DNA of 64,000 nucleotides from contig CANRMR010000004.1 in assembly GCA_947631785.1 (NCBI GenBank), forward strand, positions 1,638-65,637, in the 5' to 3' direction. Numbering within the stretch: position 1 is the first letter of the stretch; each line of letters opens with the position of its first letter. This stretch comes from an uncultured Clostridia bacterium. Its GTDB lineage: Bacteria > Bacillota > Clostridia > TANB77 > CAG-508. A program made the translations under genes and the position numbers. The notes under the pieces were generated by a model that saw only the letters and a list, made by a program, of their open reading frames with translations, did not search any database and was not told where the DNA came from. Positions 12,325-22,532 of this stretch are shown here, one piece after another.

Positions 12325-12369
12325 GTTTTATTGTATTTTATATATTTTATTGATAAAATACAATAAAAT
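12325..12369 (+). promoter_or_regulatory. 15/16-bp AT-rich inverted repeat immediately upstream of the pyrB RBS
   Basis: GTTTTATTGTATTTTA ... TAAAATACAATAAAAT with a 13-nt loop, 3 nt upstream of AAGGAGG. Confidence 0.35.
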
Positions 12370-12385
12370 ATAAGGAGGTTTTATT

Positions 12386-13258
12386 ATGAATATTTTTAGT
12401 TTAGAAGATTTTAGTATTTTAGAAATTAATAATATTTTAGATTTAGCTGAAGAATTTAAAAATGGTAAAAAAGTAGATTACAATGGTAAAAAAATTATTG
12501 CTAATCTTTTTTTTGAGCCTTCTACTAGAACGCATTATAGTTTTGATACTGCAGCTTTACGCCTAGGATGTAAAACACTAAATTTTGATAGTGTAAATTC
12601 TAGTTTAAAAAAAGGTGAAAGCCTATACGATACAGTTAAAACTTTTGAATCTTTTGGCTCTGATGCTTTAGTTATTCGTGCAACCGAAAACGAGTATTAT
12701 AAAAATTTTAGTGGCAAAATTAATATTCCTATTTTAAATGCAGGTGATGGAACTGGTAACCATCCTTCTCAATCATTACTTGATTTGCTAACTATTAGAC
12801 AAGAATTTGGAAAATTTGATGGTTTAAAAATTGCTATTGTTGGTGATATTAAACATTCTAGAGTTGCCCACTCTAATATAAAAGTTATGAGGCGTCTTGG
12901 TATGGAAGTATTTGTATCAGGTCCTGAAGAATACCGCGAAGATGAATATGATTTTGTACCTCTTGATGAAATAATTGATAAAGTAGATATTATTATGCTT
13001 CTTCGTATTCAACATGAAAGACATGAATCTTTAATGAAACTTTCTTGTGATGAATATAATAAATTATATGGTCTTAATTTAGAAAGAGTAAATAAAATGA
13101 AACCAAATGCAATTATTATGCACCCCGCTCCATTTAACAGAAATGTAGAACTTACAGATGATACTGTAGAATGTGATAAGTCTAGAATTTTTAAACAAAT
13201 AGAAAATGGTGTTTTTGTTCGTATGGCACTAATTAATATGGCATTAGAAAACAAATAA
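12386..13258 (+). CDS. pyrB: aspartate carbamoyltransferase catalytic subunit
   Basis: FFEPSTRT and HPSQ motifs in a 290-aa protein. The gene stands alone, with no pyrI adjacent. Confidence 0.8.
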   Translation: MNIFSLEDFSILEINNILDLAEEFKNGKKVDYNGKKIIANLFFEPSTRTHYSFDTAALRLGCKTLNFDSVNSSLKKGESLYDTVKTFESFGSDALVIRATENEYYKNFSGKINIPILNAGDGTGNHPSQSLLDLLTIRQEFGKFDGLKIAIVGDIKHSRVAHSNIKVMRRLGMEVFVSGPEEYREDEYDFVPLDEIIDKVDIIMLLRIQHERHESLMKLSCDEYNKLYGLNLERVNKMKPNAIIMHPAPFNRNVELTDDTVECDKSRIFKQIENGVFVRMALINMALENK

Positions 13259-13354
13259 AAAATTTCATAAATGTAAAGTGAACCCAAAATATTAGACAAA
13301 AAGTTTAACATTTTAGGTTCATTTTTATATCAAAATATTCTATTACATATATTT

Positions 13355-14467
13355 TTACATTAAATTTTCTGGATTTAAACATTGTAATATAGGAAGTACA
13401 AATCTTCCATCTTTTCTAATTAATACATCATCAAAATAAATTTCTCCTCCACCATATTCTGGTGTTTGAATACATACTAAATCCCAATGTATTGCAGATA
13501 CATTTCCATTGTCCATATCTTTATATGCTCTTCCTGGTGTAAAATGAAAACTTCCTGCTATTTTTTCGTCAAATAATATATCATTCATTGGTTTTGTAAT
13601 ATATGGATTTAAACCTAAAGAAAATTCACCAATATATCTTGCACCATCGTCTGTATCAAATATTTCATTTATTTTTTTTGTATCATTTGCTGTTGCATTT
13701 ATTATTTTTCCATCTTTAAATTCTAGTACTACATCTGTAAATGTAAAATTATGATAAGAACTAAGTGCATTATATGATACTTTTCCATTTACAGAATTTT
13801 TAATAGGTGCAGTATATACTTCACCATCTGGAATATTAGCTGTTCCAGAACATCTAATTGCTCCCATACCTTTAATAGAAAAACTAAGATCAGTTCCTGG
13901 TCCTATAATATGAACTTTATCAGTTTTTGCCATTAAATCTTCTAAAACTTTCATTGCTTCATCCATTTTTGCATAATCTAAATTACATACATTAAAATAA
14001 AAGTCTTCAAATTCTTCTGTATTCATACTAGCAAGTTGCGCCATAGAATCATTTGGGTATCTTAATATTACCCATTTTGTATTATCTACTCTTTCGTTTA
14101 ATACCTCATCCATAATATTTTGATACATTGATATTTGCTCATGTGGTACATTTATTAAATTAGATATGTTTTTTGAAGCACGAATTGCAATATATGCATC
14201 CATAAGTTCCATTTGGTCTAATTCTTGTCTTTTCATTGTTTCAATCATATCTTTATTTGCACCTTTTAAAATAGTCGCTTTAATTTTTGCATCCTCAATT
14301 TTAACAAACGGATTTGCATTTACTTTATATACTTCTTTTACAATTTCATTTGCTAAATCATAGCAGTCTTCGCCTGATATATCTATTAATATATTTTCTT
14401 TTTCTTTTAATTTTACACTATAGTTTACTAAATTTTTAGCCAATTTTTTTATTCTTTCGTCAACCAA
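13355..14467 (-). CDS. M29 family aminopeptidase (AmpS/PepS-like)
   Basis: A 370-aa protein with whole-length similarity to thermophilic aminopeptidase II, including a C-terminal IHWDLV-type motif. Confidence 0.75.
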   Translation of the reverse strand: MVDERIKKLAKNLVNYSVKLKEKENILIDISGEDCYDLANEIVKEVYKVNANPFVKIEDAKIKATILKGANKDMIETMKRQELDQMELMDAYIAIRASKNISNLINVPHEQISMYQNIMDEVLNERVDNTKWVILRYPNDSMAQLASMNTEEFEDFYFNVCNLDYAKMDEAMKVLEDLMAKTDKVHIIGPGTDLSFSIKGMGAIRCSGTANIPDGEVYTAPIKNSVNGKVSYNALSSYHNFTFTDVVLEFKDGKIINATANDTKKINEIFDTDDGARYIGEFSLGLNPYITKPMNDILFDEKIAGSFHFTPGRAYKDMDNGNVSAIHWDLVCIQTPEYGGGEIYFDDVLIRKDGRFVLPILQCLNPENLM

Positions 14468-14485
14468 TTTTATCCTCCTTAAATT

Positions 14486-15887
14486 TTATCTCCAAAATAC
14501 TTCATATGCTTTATATGCAGAATATACATCATATTTACTAGTTACTTCATATGGTGCATGCATTGAAAGCACTGGAACTCCGCAGTCTACTACATCTACT
14601 CCTTTATTTGCTAAAATGTAAGCTATTGTGCCTCCTCCTCCTAAATCTACTTTTCCAAGTTCTGCAATTTTGTATGAAATATCATTTTCATCTAAAAGTT
14701 TTCTAATTTCTGCTATATATTCTGCATTTGCATCTGATCCTCCACTTTTTCCTCTTGTTCCTGTATACTTATTAATTGAAATTCCTCTTCCTAAGTAATC
14801 TGTATTATTTCTTTCAAAAGCATCTGCATAGTTTGGATCAAATCCTGCATTTACATCTGCTGATAGCATTTTAGAATTTGCAAATACCTCATTTATTAAA
14901 TTTGGCTTATTAACATTTAATTTATCTAATATTTTACTTATAAATAAATCAAACATTTGCGTTTCCATTCCGGTATTTCCCATGCTTCCTATTTCTTCTT
15001 TGTCTGATAAAATACATACTGCTGTTTTTTTAGGATTTTGCACGTTCATTAATGCAGTAAGAGATGTATATGCACAAACCTTATCATCTTGACCATATCC
15101 TGCAACCATGCTCCAATCAAATCCCATTGTTTTTGCTTTAAATGCTGGTACTATTTCAAGTTCTGAACTTAAAAAATCTTCTTCTGTAATACCATATTTT
15201 TGGTTTAAAATATTTAAAATATTTAATTTTACACTTTCTGATATTTCTTTATTATTATATGGAATACTTCCAATTAAAAGATTTAAGCTTTCACCTTCTA
15301 CTAAATCTTTTGCCTTTTTTTCCATTTGTTTTGTAGCTAAATGTGGTAATAAGTCTGTAATTGTAAAAATTGGATCTGAATTTTCTTCTCCTATTCTAAC
15401 TGTAACTTTTTTTCCATTTTTCTTTACAATAACACCATGTATTGCAAGTGGTATAGCAGTCCATTGATATTTTTTTATTCCACCATAATAATGAGTCTTA
15501 AAATATGCAAAATCTGCTTCTTCATATAATGGATTTGGTTTTAAGTCTAATCTTGGAGAGTCAACATGTGACCCAATTATATTTAGACCATTTTTAATAT
15601 CTTCTTTTCCTATTACTGCTAAATACATACTTTTTTCTCTATTTATATAGTATACCTTATCTCCTGGATTTAGGTTATTACAATTTTCTATATTTTTAAA
15701 GCCATTTTCTTCTGCTAATTTTTTTGCAAAAATTACAGCTTCTCTTTCTGTTTTTGATTCATTTAAAAAGTTAATATATCCATCACAATATCCAAATATT
15801 TTTTCTAAATCTCCATCTTTTGTTTTATTCCATCCGGTTTTCTCTTTTTAAAAAAAGTTTCTCTTTTAATTCTTTTGCATTTTCCAA
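14486..15887 (-). CDS. M18 family aminopeptidase, interrupted near the N-terminus by one extra base (coding CGG at about 15836)
   Basis: The conserved body (GSHVDSPRLDLKPNP, HYYGGIKKYQW) is present. An upstream in-frame extension (KTGWNKTKDGDLEKIFGYCDGYINFL...) lacks a start codon; removing one C restores the ORF from a TTG near 15887 after an AGGAAGGA RBS. Confidence 0.7.
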
Positions 15888-15927
15888 TTTAAAATCACAA
15901 TCCTTCCTTTTTATATTATGTATTTTT

Positions 15928-17028
15928 TTATACATTAAATCTAAATAGAACAATATCCCCATCTTGCATAATATAATCCTTTCCTTCTGAGCGAACTAGT
16001 CCTTTTTCTTTTGCAGCAAGCATTGAGCCTTCTTTTACTAGGTCATCATAAGATACAATTTCTGCACGAATAAATCCTCTTTGGATATCTGTATGTATTT
16101 TTCCAGCAGCTTCTGGTGCTTTTGTTCCCTTTTTTATTGTCCATGCTCTTACTTCTGGCTCACCTGCTGTTAAAAATGACATTAAACCTAATAAATCATA
16201 GCTTGCTTTTATTACTTTATCTAATCCAGATTCTTCTAGTCCAAGTGCTTCTAGCATTTCTTTTTTATCTTCATCCTCTAAGCCAGATAATTCTTCTTCT
16301 ATTTTTACACAAAGTGGAATTACTTGTGCATTTTCGCCTTTTGCATATTCTTTTACCATTTTTACATATTTATCGTTTTCTACATCTTGCAGTTGCATAT
16401 CTGATACATTTGCAATATATAGTATTGGCTTTAATGTTAATAAATATGTGTCTTTTATTAATTCTTTTTCTTCTTCTGATAATTCAACAACCCTTGCTGA
16501 CTTTCCTTCTTCTAATACTTTTTTTATTTTTTCTAATACATCTATTTCAAATTGTGCTTTTTTATCTGCTTTTAACGCTTTTTTTGCTTTTTCTAAACGT
16601 TTATCTATTGTTTCTATATCAGAAAAAATAAGTTCTAAATTAATTGTTTCAATGTCTCTTAATGGATTAATACTACCATCTACATGAACAACATTTGGGT
16701 CTTCAAATGCTCTTACTACTTCGCAAATTGCATCTACTTCTCTAATATGAGATAAAAATTTATTACCTAAACCTTCGCCTTTACTTGCACCTTTTACTAA
16801 ACCTGCAATATCTACAAATTCAACTATTGCATGTGTTGTTTTTTGAGGCTTATACATTTTAGTTAAAACATCTAATCTTTCATCTGGCACTGCAACAACA
16901 CCTATATTGGGTTCTATTGTACAAAAAGGATAATTTGCACATTCTGCTCCAGCTTTTGTAATGCTATTGAACATTGTACTTTTTCCTACATTAGGTAATC
17001 CAACAATTCCTATTTTCATTTTTTTCAT
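15928..17028 (-). CDS. ychF: ribosome-binding ATPase YchF
   Basis: GIVGLPNVGKST, TGS domain, 366 aa. Confidence 0.95.
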   Translation of the reverse strand: MKKMKIGIVGLPNVGKSTMFNSITKAGAECANYPFCTIEPNIGVVAVPDERLDVLTKMYKPQKTTHAIVEFVDIAGLVKGASKGEGLGNKFLSHIREVDAICEVVRAFEDPNVVHVDGSINPLRDIETINLELIFSDIETIDKRLEKAKKALKADKKAQFEIDVLEKIKKVLEEGKSARVVELSEEEKELIKDTYLLTLKPILYIANVSDMQLQDVENDKYVKMVKEYAKGENAQVIPLCVKIEEELSGLEDEDKKEMLEALGLEESGLDKVIKASYDLLGLMSFLTAGEPEVRAWTIKKGTKAPEAAGKIHTDIQRGFIRAEIVSYDDLVKEGSMLAAKEKGLVRSEGKDYIMQDGDIVLFRFNV

Positions 17029-17052
17029 TTCCTTTCGCTTTTACTTTTTAAG

Positions 17053-18258
17053 CTATTTTAGTATTTCTATTGCTTTTTGTAATTGTGTATCTTTTTCTTC
17101 TTCTATTGAAAAAATATTTGAAACATCTTCTGGAATATCTACTTCTACATCTGGTTTAATTCCAACTTCATTTATTTTATTTCTGTTTGGAGTTAGATAT
17201 TCATTTGTTGTAAGTTTTATACCACTACCATCTTTTAATGACATTAATTCTTGTATTACACCTTTTCCAAATGTATTTTTTCCAACTATTGTAGCTTTAT
17301 TATAATCTTTTAAGCAACCTGCTAAAATTTCAGATGAGCTTGCTGTGTTTTCATTAACTAATAATACTATTTTTTCTGTAATAATTGGATCTTTAGATGA
17401 TTTTTCTGTTTCTTCTGTACCATTTTTATCTATTGTAATCAACGTTGTTTTTTCTTTTTCAACTATTAAATCTGCAATTTCTAATGCTTCGTCTACAATT
17501 CCACCACCATTATTTCTTAAATCAATTATTAATGATTTTGCTCCTTGTGACTTTAATTGGTTATATTTTTCTTCGAATTCTTCACCACATCCTGAATCAA
17601 ATGCAGTAATATTTAAGTAACCAATATTGTTTTTTAATATTTTTGATTTAATATGGTTTAATTTTATATTTTCTCTTGTTAATGTAATATTAAAAGGCTT
17701 TCCATCTCTTATAATTTCTAATTCTACATTTGTTCCTGTTTCTCCTCTTATTTTTGATGAAACAACAGAAATATCCATTCCTGTACAATCTTCACCATTT
17801 ACTTTAGAAATAATATCTCCAGATAAAATACCCTGTTTTTCAGCAACTGAATCTTCTATTGTTGCTATAACTACTATTTCGTCTGTATCTGCATATTTAG
17901 AAATGTATACTCCAATTCCATCAAAGTTACCCATTGTATCTTCTTCTACTTCTTCCATTTCTTCTTTTGTATAATAACTACTATATTCATCTCCTAATCC
18001 TTTTATATAGCCTTTTATTGCACTTTCTTTTAATTTTTCTTCGTCTACATCACCTAAATATACTTTATCTATTAAACTTTTAAATGTATCTAATTTTGAA
18101 GTTATTTCAGATGTTTCTTCACCTTTTGATACAAGAATATATTTTGTTTCTCCAACTTTACTACTTAAAAAAATTGTAGTTACAATAAATGTAATTACAG
18201 CTACCATAACAATTAACATAATTGTTTTATAAATACGTTGTTTTTTTTCTTCTTTCAT
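17053..18258 (-). CDS. S41 family carboxyl-terminal processing protease (CtpA/CtpB-like) with a PDZ domain
   Basis: N-terminal TM segment, a PDZ domain, and an S41 catalytic region (GGGI...; TASSSEI). Confidence 0.85.
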   Translation of the reverse strand: MKEEKKQRIYKTIMLIVMVAVITFIVTTIFLSSKVGETKYILVSKGEETSEITSKLDTFKSLIDKVYLGDVDEEKLKESAIKGYIKGLGDEYSSYYTKEEMEEVEEDTMGNFDGIGVYISKYADTDEIVVIATIEDSVAEKQGILSGDIISKVNGEDCTGMDISVVSSKIRGETGTNVELEIIRDGKPFNITLTRENIKLNHIKSKILKNNIGYLNITAFDSGCGEEFEEKYNQLKSQGAKSLIIDLRNNGGGIVDEALEIADLIVEKEKTTLITIDKNGTEETEKSSKDPIITEKIVLLVNENTASSSEILAGCLKDYNKATIVGKNTFGKGVIQELMSLKDGSGIKLTTNEYLTPNRNKINEVGIKPDVEVDIPEDVSNIFSIEEEKDTQLQKAIEILK

Positions 18259-18340
18259 TTTGCAAACCTACCTTTTTAAATATTTGGGGTTGCTAGATTA
18301 AAGCAACCCATAAATTTTAATAATATATAATTTATAATTT

Positions 18341-19537
18341 TTATACAGCTCCATATCTATTTTGAATTCCTAAATATGGGCATGGATTTACTTGATTATA
18401 TATTCCACCTTGGCATACTTCAAAGTGTAAATGCGCACCATTTGCCATACCTGTTGAACCCGAATACATTATAACAGTATCTGTTGAAACAACTGTTCCA
18501 ACTGAAATGCCACTTGCTATTGAACTACCATGTGCATATCTTGTGTAAATTCCATTTCCATGGCTAATTACAACATATAACCCCCATCCTCCTCCATATC
18601 CAGATGAGTTTACATATACAACAACACCATCTGCTGCTGCATAAATTGGTGTACCTTGTGGTGCATAAATATCAACACCTTTATGTGCAGTTCCTGCCCA
18701 GCTAGAATCACTTCTTCCTCCTGGTGCATAAACTGAGTTTACTCTTTTAGTTATTCTAGTTGGCCATGCCATTGTTCCGCCTACATATTTGTTATAGTCT
18801 GCATCAACAATTTCTGATCTACGTTCTATTTCTTTAATTTCATTACTTACTCTTGCAAGTTCTGCATTTTTTTCATCAATTTGCCTTTGAAGTTCTTTTT
18901 CACTTTCAGATAATTGTGACATATAACTATTTTTTGCAGCTTTATTATTTTTTAAAATTACATTTGCCTTTTCTTTATTTGCCTTTGATATTTTATATTC
19001 TGATTCTTTTTCTTCTAGAACTTTTTTTGATTCTTCAATTTTGTTTTTTTCTTGCTCAATCTGATCTAATAGTTCATTATCCATTTCTGTAATTTTTGAA
19101 ACTAAATAATAATTTGATATAAAATCTGATAAACTTTTAGATTTAAGAAGTACATCTAAATAAGTAATTTTTCCTGTTTTATATTGAGCAACAACTCTTT
19201 CTTGCAATAGTTCTTCTTGTTTTTTATAGTTATCCTCTGCTTCTTTTAACTCTTTCTTTTTGGCATCTATATCAGTTTCTAGTGTATCTAATTTTTCTTC
19301 TATAGAGTTAATTTCTACCTCACTTTGTGAAATTTGCTCATCTAATTTTTGAACTTCTTGCATAGTAGAAGATATTTGTGTTTGCACTTGATCTAATTCT
19401 TCTTCTGTTTTATCTATTTCTGATTGTATAGAAGATTGCTGATTTTTAAGTTCTTCGCTTGTTGTTGCTAAAGTAGATATTGACATAGAAAACATAAAGA
19501 TAAAAATTATAAATAAAATGCTTATTTTTTTTATCAT
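18341..19537 (-). CDS. M23 family peptidoglycan DD-endopeptidase with an N-terminal coiled coil (EnvC/PcsB-like), downstream of ftsEX
   Basis: A signal peptide, a long coiled coil, and a C-terminal LytM domain (HKGVDIYAP ... HLHFEV). Confidence 0.85.
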   Translation of the reverse strand: MIKKISILFIIFIFMFSMSISTLATTSEELKNQQSSIQSEIDKTEEELDQVQTQISSTMQEVQKLDEQISQSEVEINSIEEKLDTLETDIDAKKKELKEAEDNYKKQEELLQERVVAQYKTGKITYLDVLLKSKSLSDFISNYYLVSKITEMDNELLDQIEQEKNKIEESKKVLEEKESEYKISKANKEKANVILKNNKAAKNSYMSQLSESEKELQRQIDEKNAELARVSNEIKEIERRSEIVDADYNKYVGGTMAWPTRITKRVNSVYAPGGRSDSSWAGTAHKGVDIYAPQGTPIYAAADGVVVYVNSSGYGGGWGLYVVISHGNGIYTRYAHGSSIASGISVGTVVSTDTVIMYSGSTGMANGAHLHFEVCQGGIYNQVNPCPYLGIQNRYGAV

Positions 19538-19557
19538 TTTTTTCCTTCCCTTCTTTT

Positions 19558-20490
19558 TTATACTTGTAAATATCTTCGCATAGATGTAATACTTCCTATT
19601 GTTCCAATTCCTATTCCTAATGATAAATAAACAATAATAATTAAATTAAACATATCCGCAAAACTAACAAAAGCTATTTCTAAGTTTTTTACAATATCTA
19701 CTTCCATTAAATTTTTAATTATAACATTATATGTAAGTCCAACAATAAGAATTGATATAATTGCTGCAATTACTCCAATAATTATTCCTTCAACAATAAA
19801 TGGCCATCGTATAAATCCATTTGTTGCACCCACATATTTCATAATTGAAATTTCTTTCCTTCTTGCATATACAGTAAGTTTTATTGTATTTGATATAATA
19901 AAAATAGATATAATAACTAAAATAATTAATAATACTAATGAAATAATTCTTATTCCATTTGCAATACTCATTAATGCACTTATTACTTCGTTACTACTTC
20001 TAATTGCTCCTTTTTCATCTAAATATGGCACTTTATCTTTTATTTCTTCTTGTACCTTTTCATTAACACTTAAATCTGTGAATGTTATAATAAAAGATGG
20101 TGGCATTCTTTCTTCAGATATTCCTTCTAGTACACTTGCACTATCTTGATACTGAGCTTTCATCTGATTTAAAGCTTCTTCTCTAGATACATATGTAGTA
20201 TTATTAATTCCATCAATTGAATTTAATATTTTTTCTGTTTCTTTTATTTGTGAATCTGTAACATCATACTTTAAATATACTTGTATTCCCTGTTCTTGTG
20301 TTATTCCTTCCATAATATGACTTACATTTTCACCGATTGTAAAAAAGATTCCAAATATTAACATAGCAGCACACATAATAATAAGGCAAGACGCTGTTGA
20401 TTTTTTATTTTTTAATACGTTTTTAAACCCATCTCCTATTAAATATCCAATAACATTATATTTCACTGTCATAACCACCTTTTTTATCAT
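19558..20490 (-). CDS. ftsX: cell division ABC transporter permease FtsX
   Basis: Four TM segments and a large extracellular loop. It overlaps ftsE. Confidence 0.85.
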   Translation of the reverse strand: MIKKVVMTVKYNVIGYLIGDGFKNVLKNKKSTASCLIIMCAAMLIFGIFFTIGENVSHIMEGITQEQGIQVYLKYDVTDSQIKETEKILNSIDGINNTTYVSREEALNQMKAQYQDSASVLEGISEERMPPSFIITFTDLSVNEKVQEEIKDKVPYLDEKGAIRSSNEVISALMSIANGIRIISLVLLIILVIISIFIISNTIKLTVYARRKEISIMKYVGATNGFIRWPFIVEGIIIGVIAAIISILIVGLTYNVIIKNLMEVDIVKNLEIAFVSFADMFNLIIIVYLSLGIGIGTIGSITSMRRYLQV

Positions 20491-21145
20491 CTCTTATAAT
20501 ATTGCCTTTTTCAATTTGAATAACTCTTTTCTTCATTTTGTCTACAATATCTTTTGCATGTGTTGCTACAACGACTGTTGTTCCTCTTAAGTTAATTTCA
20601 TTAATTAAATTAATAATATCCCATGCTGTTTCTGGATCTAAATTTCCTGTTGGTTCGTCAGCAATTAACATAGATGGATTATTTACTAAGGCCCTTGCAA
20701 GTGCAACCCTTTGTTGCTCTCCACCTGATAGTTCATGTGGATACATTTTTGCTTTCCCGCTAAGACCTACTAGTGATAGTACCATTGGAACTTGTCTTCT
20801 AATATGTCTTGGTGTAGCTCTTACAATGTACATTGCAAATGCAACATTATCATAAACAGTTTTGTCTGGTAATAATCTAAAGTCTTGAAATACAACTCCC
20901 ATACTTCTTCTTAAAAATGGTACTTTACTTTTTTTAAGGAATGTAGTATCTTTTCCATTTATAATAATATTTCCAGAAGTAGGTTCTTCTTCTTTTAATA
21001 TTAATTTGATTATTGTTGATTTTCCTGAACCTGAAGCACCTACTAAAAATGCAAATTCACCTTTATCAATTTTAAAATTTGCATTATTTATTGCAGGAAC
21101 TGTACCAGTTATATATTTTTTGTTTACATTTCTAAATTCAATCAT
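20456..21145 (-). CDS. ftsE: cell division ATP-binding protein FtsE
   Basis: Walker A (GASGSGKST), ABC signature (LSGGEQQR) and Walker B. Confidence 0.9.
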   Translation of the reverse strand: MIEFRNVNKKYITGTVPAINNANFKIDKGEFAFLVGASGSGKSTIIKLILKEEEPTSGNIIINGKDTTFLKKSKVPFLRRSMGVVFQDFRLLPDKTVYDNVAFAMYIVRATPRHIRRQVPMVLSLVGLSGKAKMYPHELSGGEQQRVALARALVNNPSMLIADEPTGNLDPETAWDIINLINEINLRGTTVVVATHAKDIVDKMKKRVIQIEKGNIIRDDKKGGYDSEI

Positions 21146-21269
21146 TTTTTTCTCCTTGTAGCAATTTAAATTAACTCTATTTATATCATATCAATAAACT
21201 TAATTTATTGCAATACTTTATACCTAAAAAATAATATTTTTTTATGCTATTTTGTTAATATGTGTCAAT

Positions 21270-21299
21270 AAAAGAAGGTGGGATCTCCCACCTTCTTTT
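21270..21299. terminator. Rho-independent terminator (AAGAAGGTGGGA-TC-TCCCACCTTCTT)
   Basis: A perfect GC-containing stem with flanking A/T runs, overlapping the stop of the small ORF. Confidence 0.75.
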
Positions 21300-21435
21300 A
21301 TTGTTCGTTCTTTGGGCAGTTTTGGCATGTATCATACTTTCCCTTTGCTTTAGGTGTACATTGCCCATTTTGAACTTTTACTTGGCAGCTACTACTATCT
21401 TGCTGCCTAGATGTAAATAATTGCTGATGTGCCAT
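21298..21435 (-). CDS. unannotated small Cys-rich protein (45 aa, MAHQQLFTSRQQDSSSCQVKVQNGQCTPKAKGKYDTCQNCPKNEQ)
   Basis: A GGAGGGA RBS lies 6-7 nt upstream of the ATG. Four Cys are arranged C-x10-C ... C-x2-C (zinc-ribbon-like). A strong terminator follows. The ORF is below the 60-aa cutoff of the ORF track. Confidence 0.55.
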   Translation of the reverse strand: MAHQQLFTSRQQDSSSCQVKVQNGQCTPKAKGKYDTCQNCPKNEQ

Positions 21436-21494
21436 AAAAAGTCCCTCCTTTTGCAATTATCACTTTATTGTTACGTTTTGTATTTATAATTATA

Positions 21495-22427
21495 TCATAT
21501 TTTTTTTACTTCTTCAATAATATCTTGAGTTGTTATTTTAAAATATTTCATTAATTCTTCTGCTTTACCAGATTTTCCAAATTTATTTTTTATTCCCATT
21601 CTAACTACCTTTTTTGGATATTTTTCTGATAGTACTTCACATACACTACTTCCTAGTCCACCTAAAGTGCTATGATCTTCAATTGTTATTATCTTTTTTG
21701 TTTCTTTAGCACATCTTATTATTGTTTCTTCGTCTATTGGTTTTATTGTGTGCATATCAAGAATTCGAATAAATATTCCTTCCTTTTCTAATTGTTTTTT
21801 TGCGTTTATTGCCTCATTTGTAGTAATTCCTGTAGAAATTACTGTAGCATCTATTCCATCTCCTATTTGTTTTGCTTTTCCAATTTCAAAGGTTTCATTT
21901 TCTGAATAGATTTTTGGACTTGCTAATCTACATAGCCTTACATAAACTGGACCTTCTATTTTAGATACTTCCCTTATTATCCATCTTGTTTGTACATCAT
22001 CAGATGGACTAAATACTTTCATGTTTGGAAGTACTCTCATCATTGCAATATCTTCTAACATTTGATGTGTTGCTCCATCTTCTCCAACTGTAATTCCACT
22101 ATGTGTTGCACAAATTTTTACATTTAAATTTGGATAGCATATACTATTTCGTATTTGGTCATATGCTCTTCCTGCTGCAAATACCGCAAAGGTACTAACA
22201 TACGGTATTTTTCCGTATGCTGCAAAACCTGCTGCAGTAGATAACATATCTTGTTCTGCAATTCCCATATCAAAAAATCTATTAGGAAATTTTTTTGCAA
22301 ATATGTTTGTCTTTGTAGCTGTAGATAGATCCGCATCTAGTACAACTATATTTTCATTTTCTTTGCCTAAATTTGCTAATTCTTCACCATAACTTTGTCT
22401 TGTGGCTATTTTTACTTTTTCTTCCAT
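21495..22427 (-). CDS. transketolase, C-terminal subunit
   Basis: Pyrimidine-binding and C-terminal transketolase domains. The likely start is MEEKVKIATRQ; the upstream extension to 22487 is unsupported. Confidence 0.85.
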   Translation of the reverse strand: MEEKVKIATRQSYGEELANLGKENENIVVLDADLSTATKTNIFAKKFPNRFFDMGIAEQDMLSTAAGFAAYGKIPYVSTFAVFAAGRAYDQIRNSICYPNLNVKICATHSGITVGEDGATHQMLEDIAMMRVLPNMKVFSPSDDVQTRWIIREVSKIEGPVYVRLCRLASPKIYSENETFEIGKAKQIGDGIDATVISTGITTNEAINAKKQLEKEGIFIRILDMHTIKPIDEETIIRCAKETKKIITIEDHSTLGGLGSSVCEVLSEKYPKKVVRMGIKNKFGKSGKAEELMKYFKITTQDIIEEVKKI

Positions 22428-22532
22428 AATTGATTTATTTTCCTTTCTATCTTTATTATTTATATAATAAATTTTGTAATTTAGCATAGTGCCCCATACT
22501 ACTAAAATCTTGTTTTTTAATATATTGTATAA

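Noticed and set aside
16116-16631. Long plus-strand ORFs from the track that lie antisense to conserved minus-strand genes (for example 16116..16631, 11347..12018, 59372..59941, 60134..60679, 51007..51693 minus-strand within mutS2)
   Set aside because: They are Leu/Phe/Ile-rich low-complexity translations of the antisense strand of well-supported genes (ychF, ftsY, groEL, mutS2), with no RBS. They are spurious.
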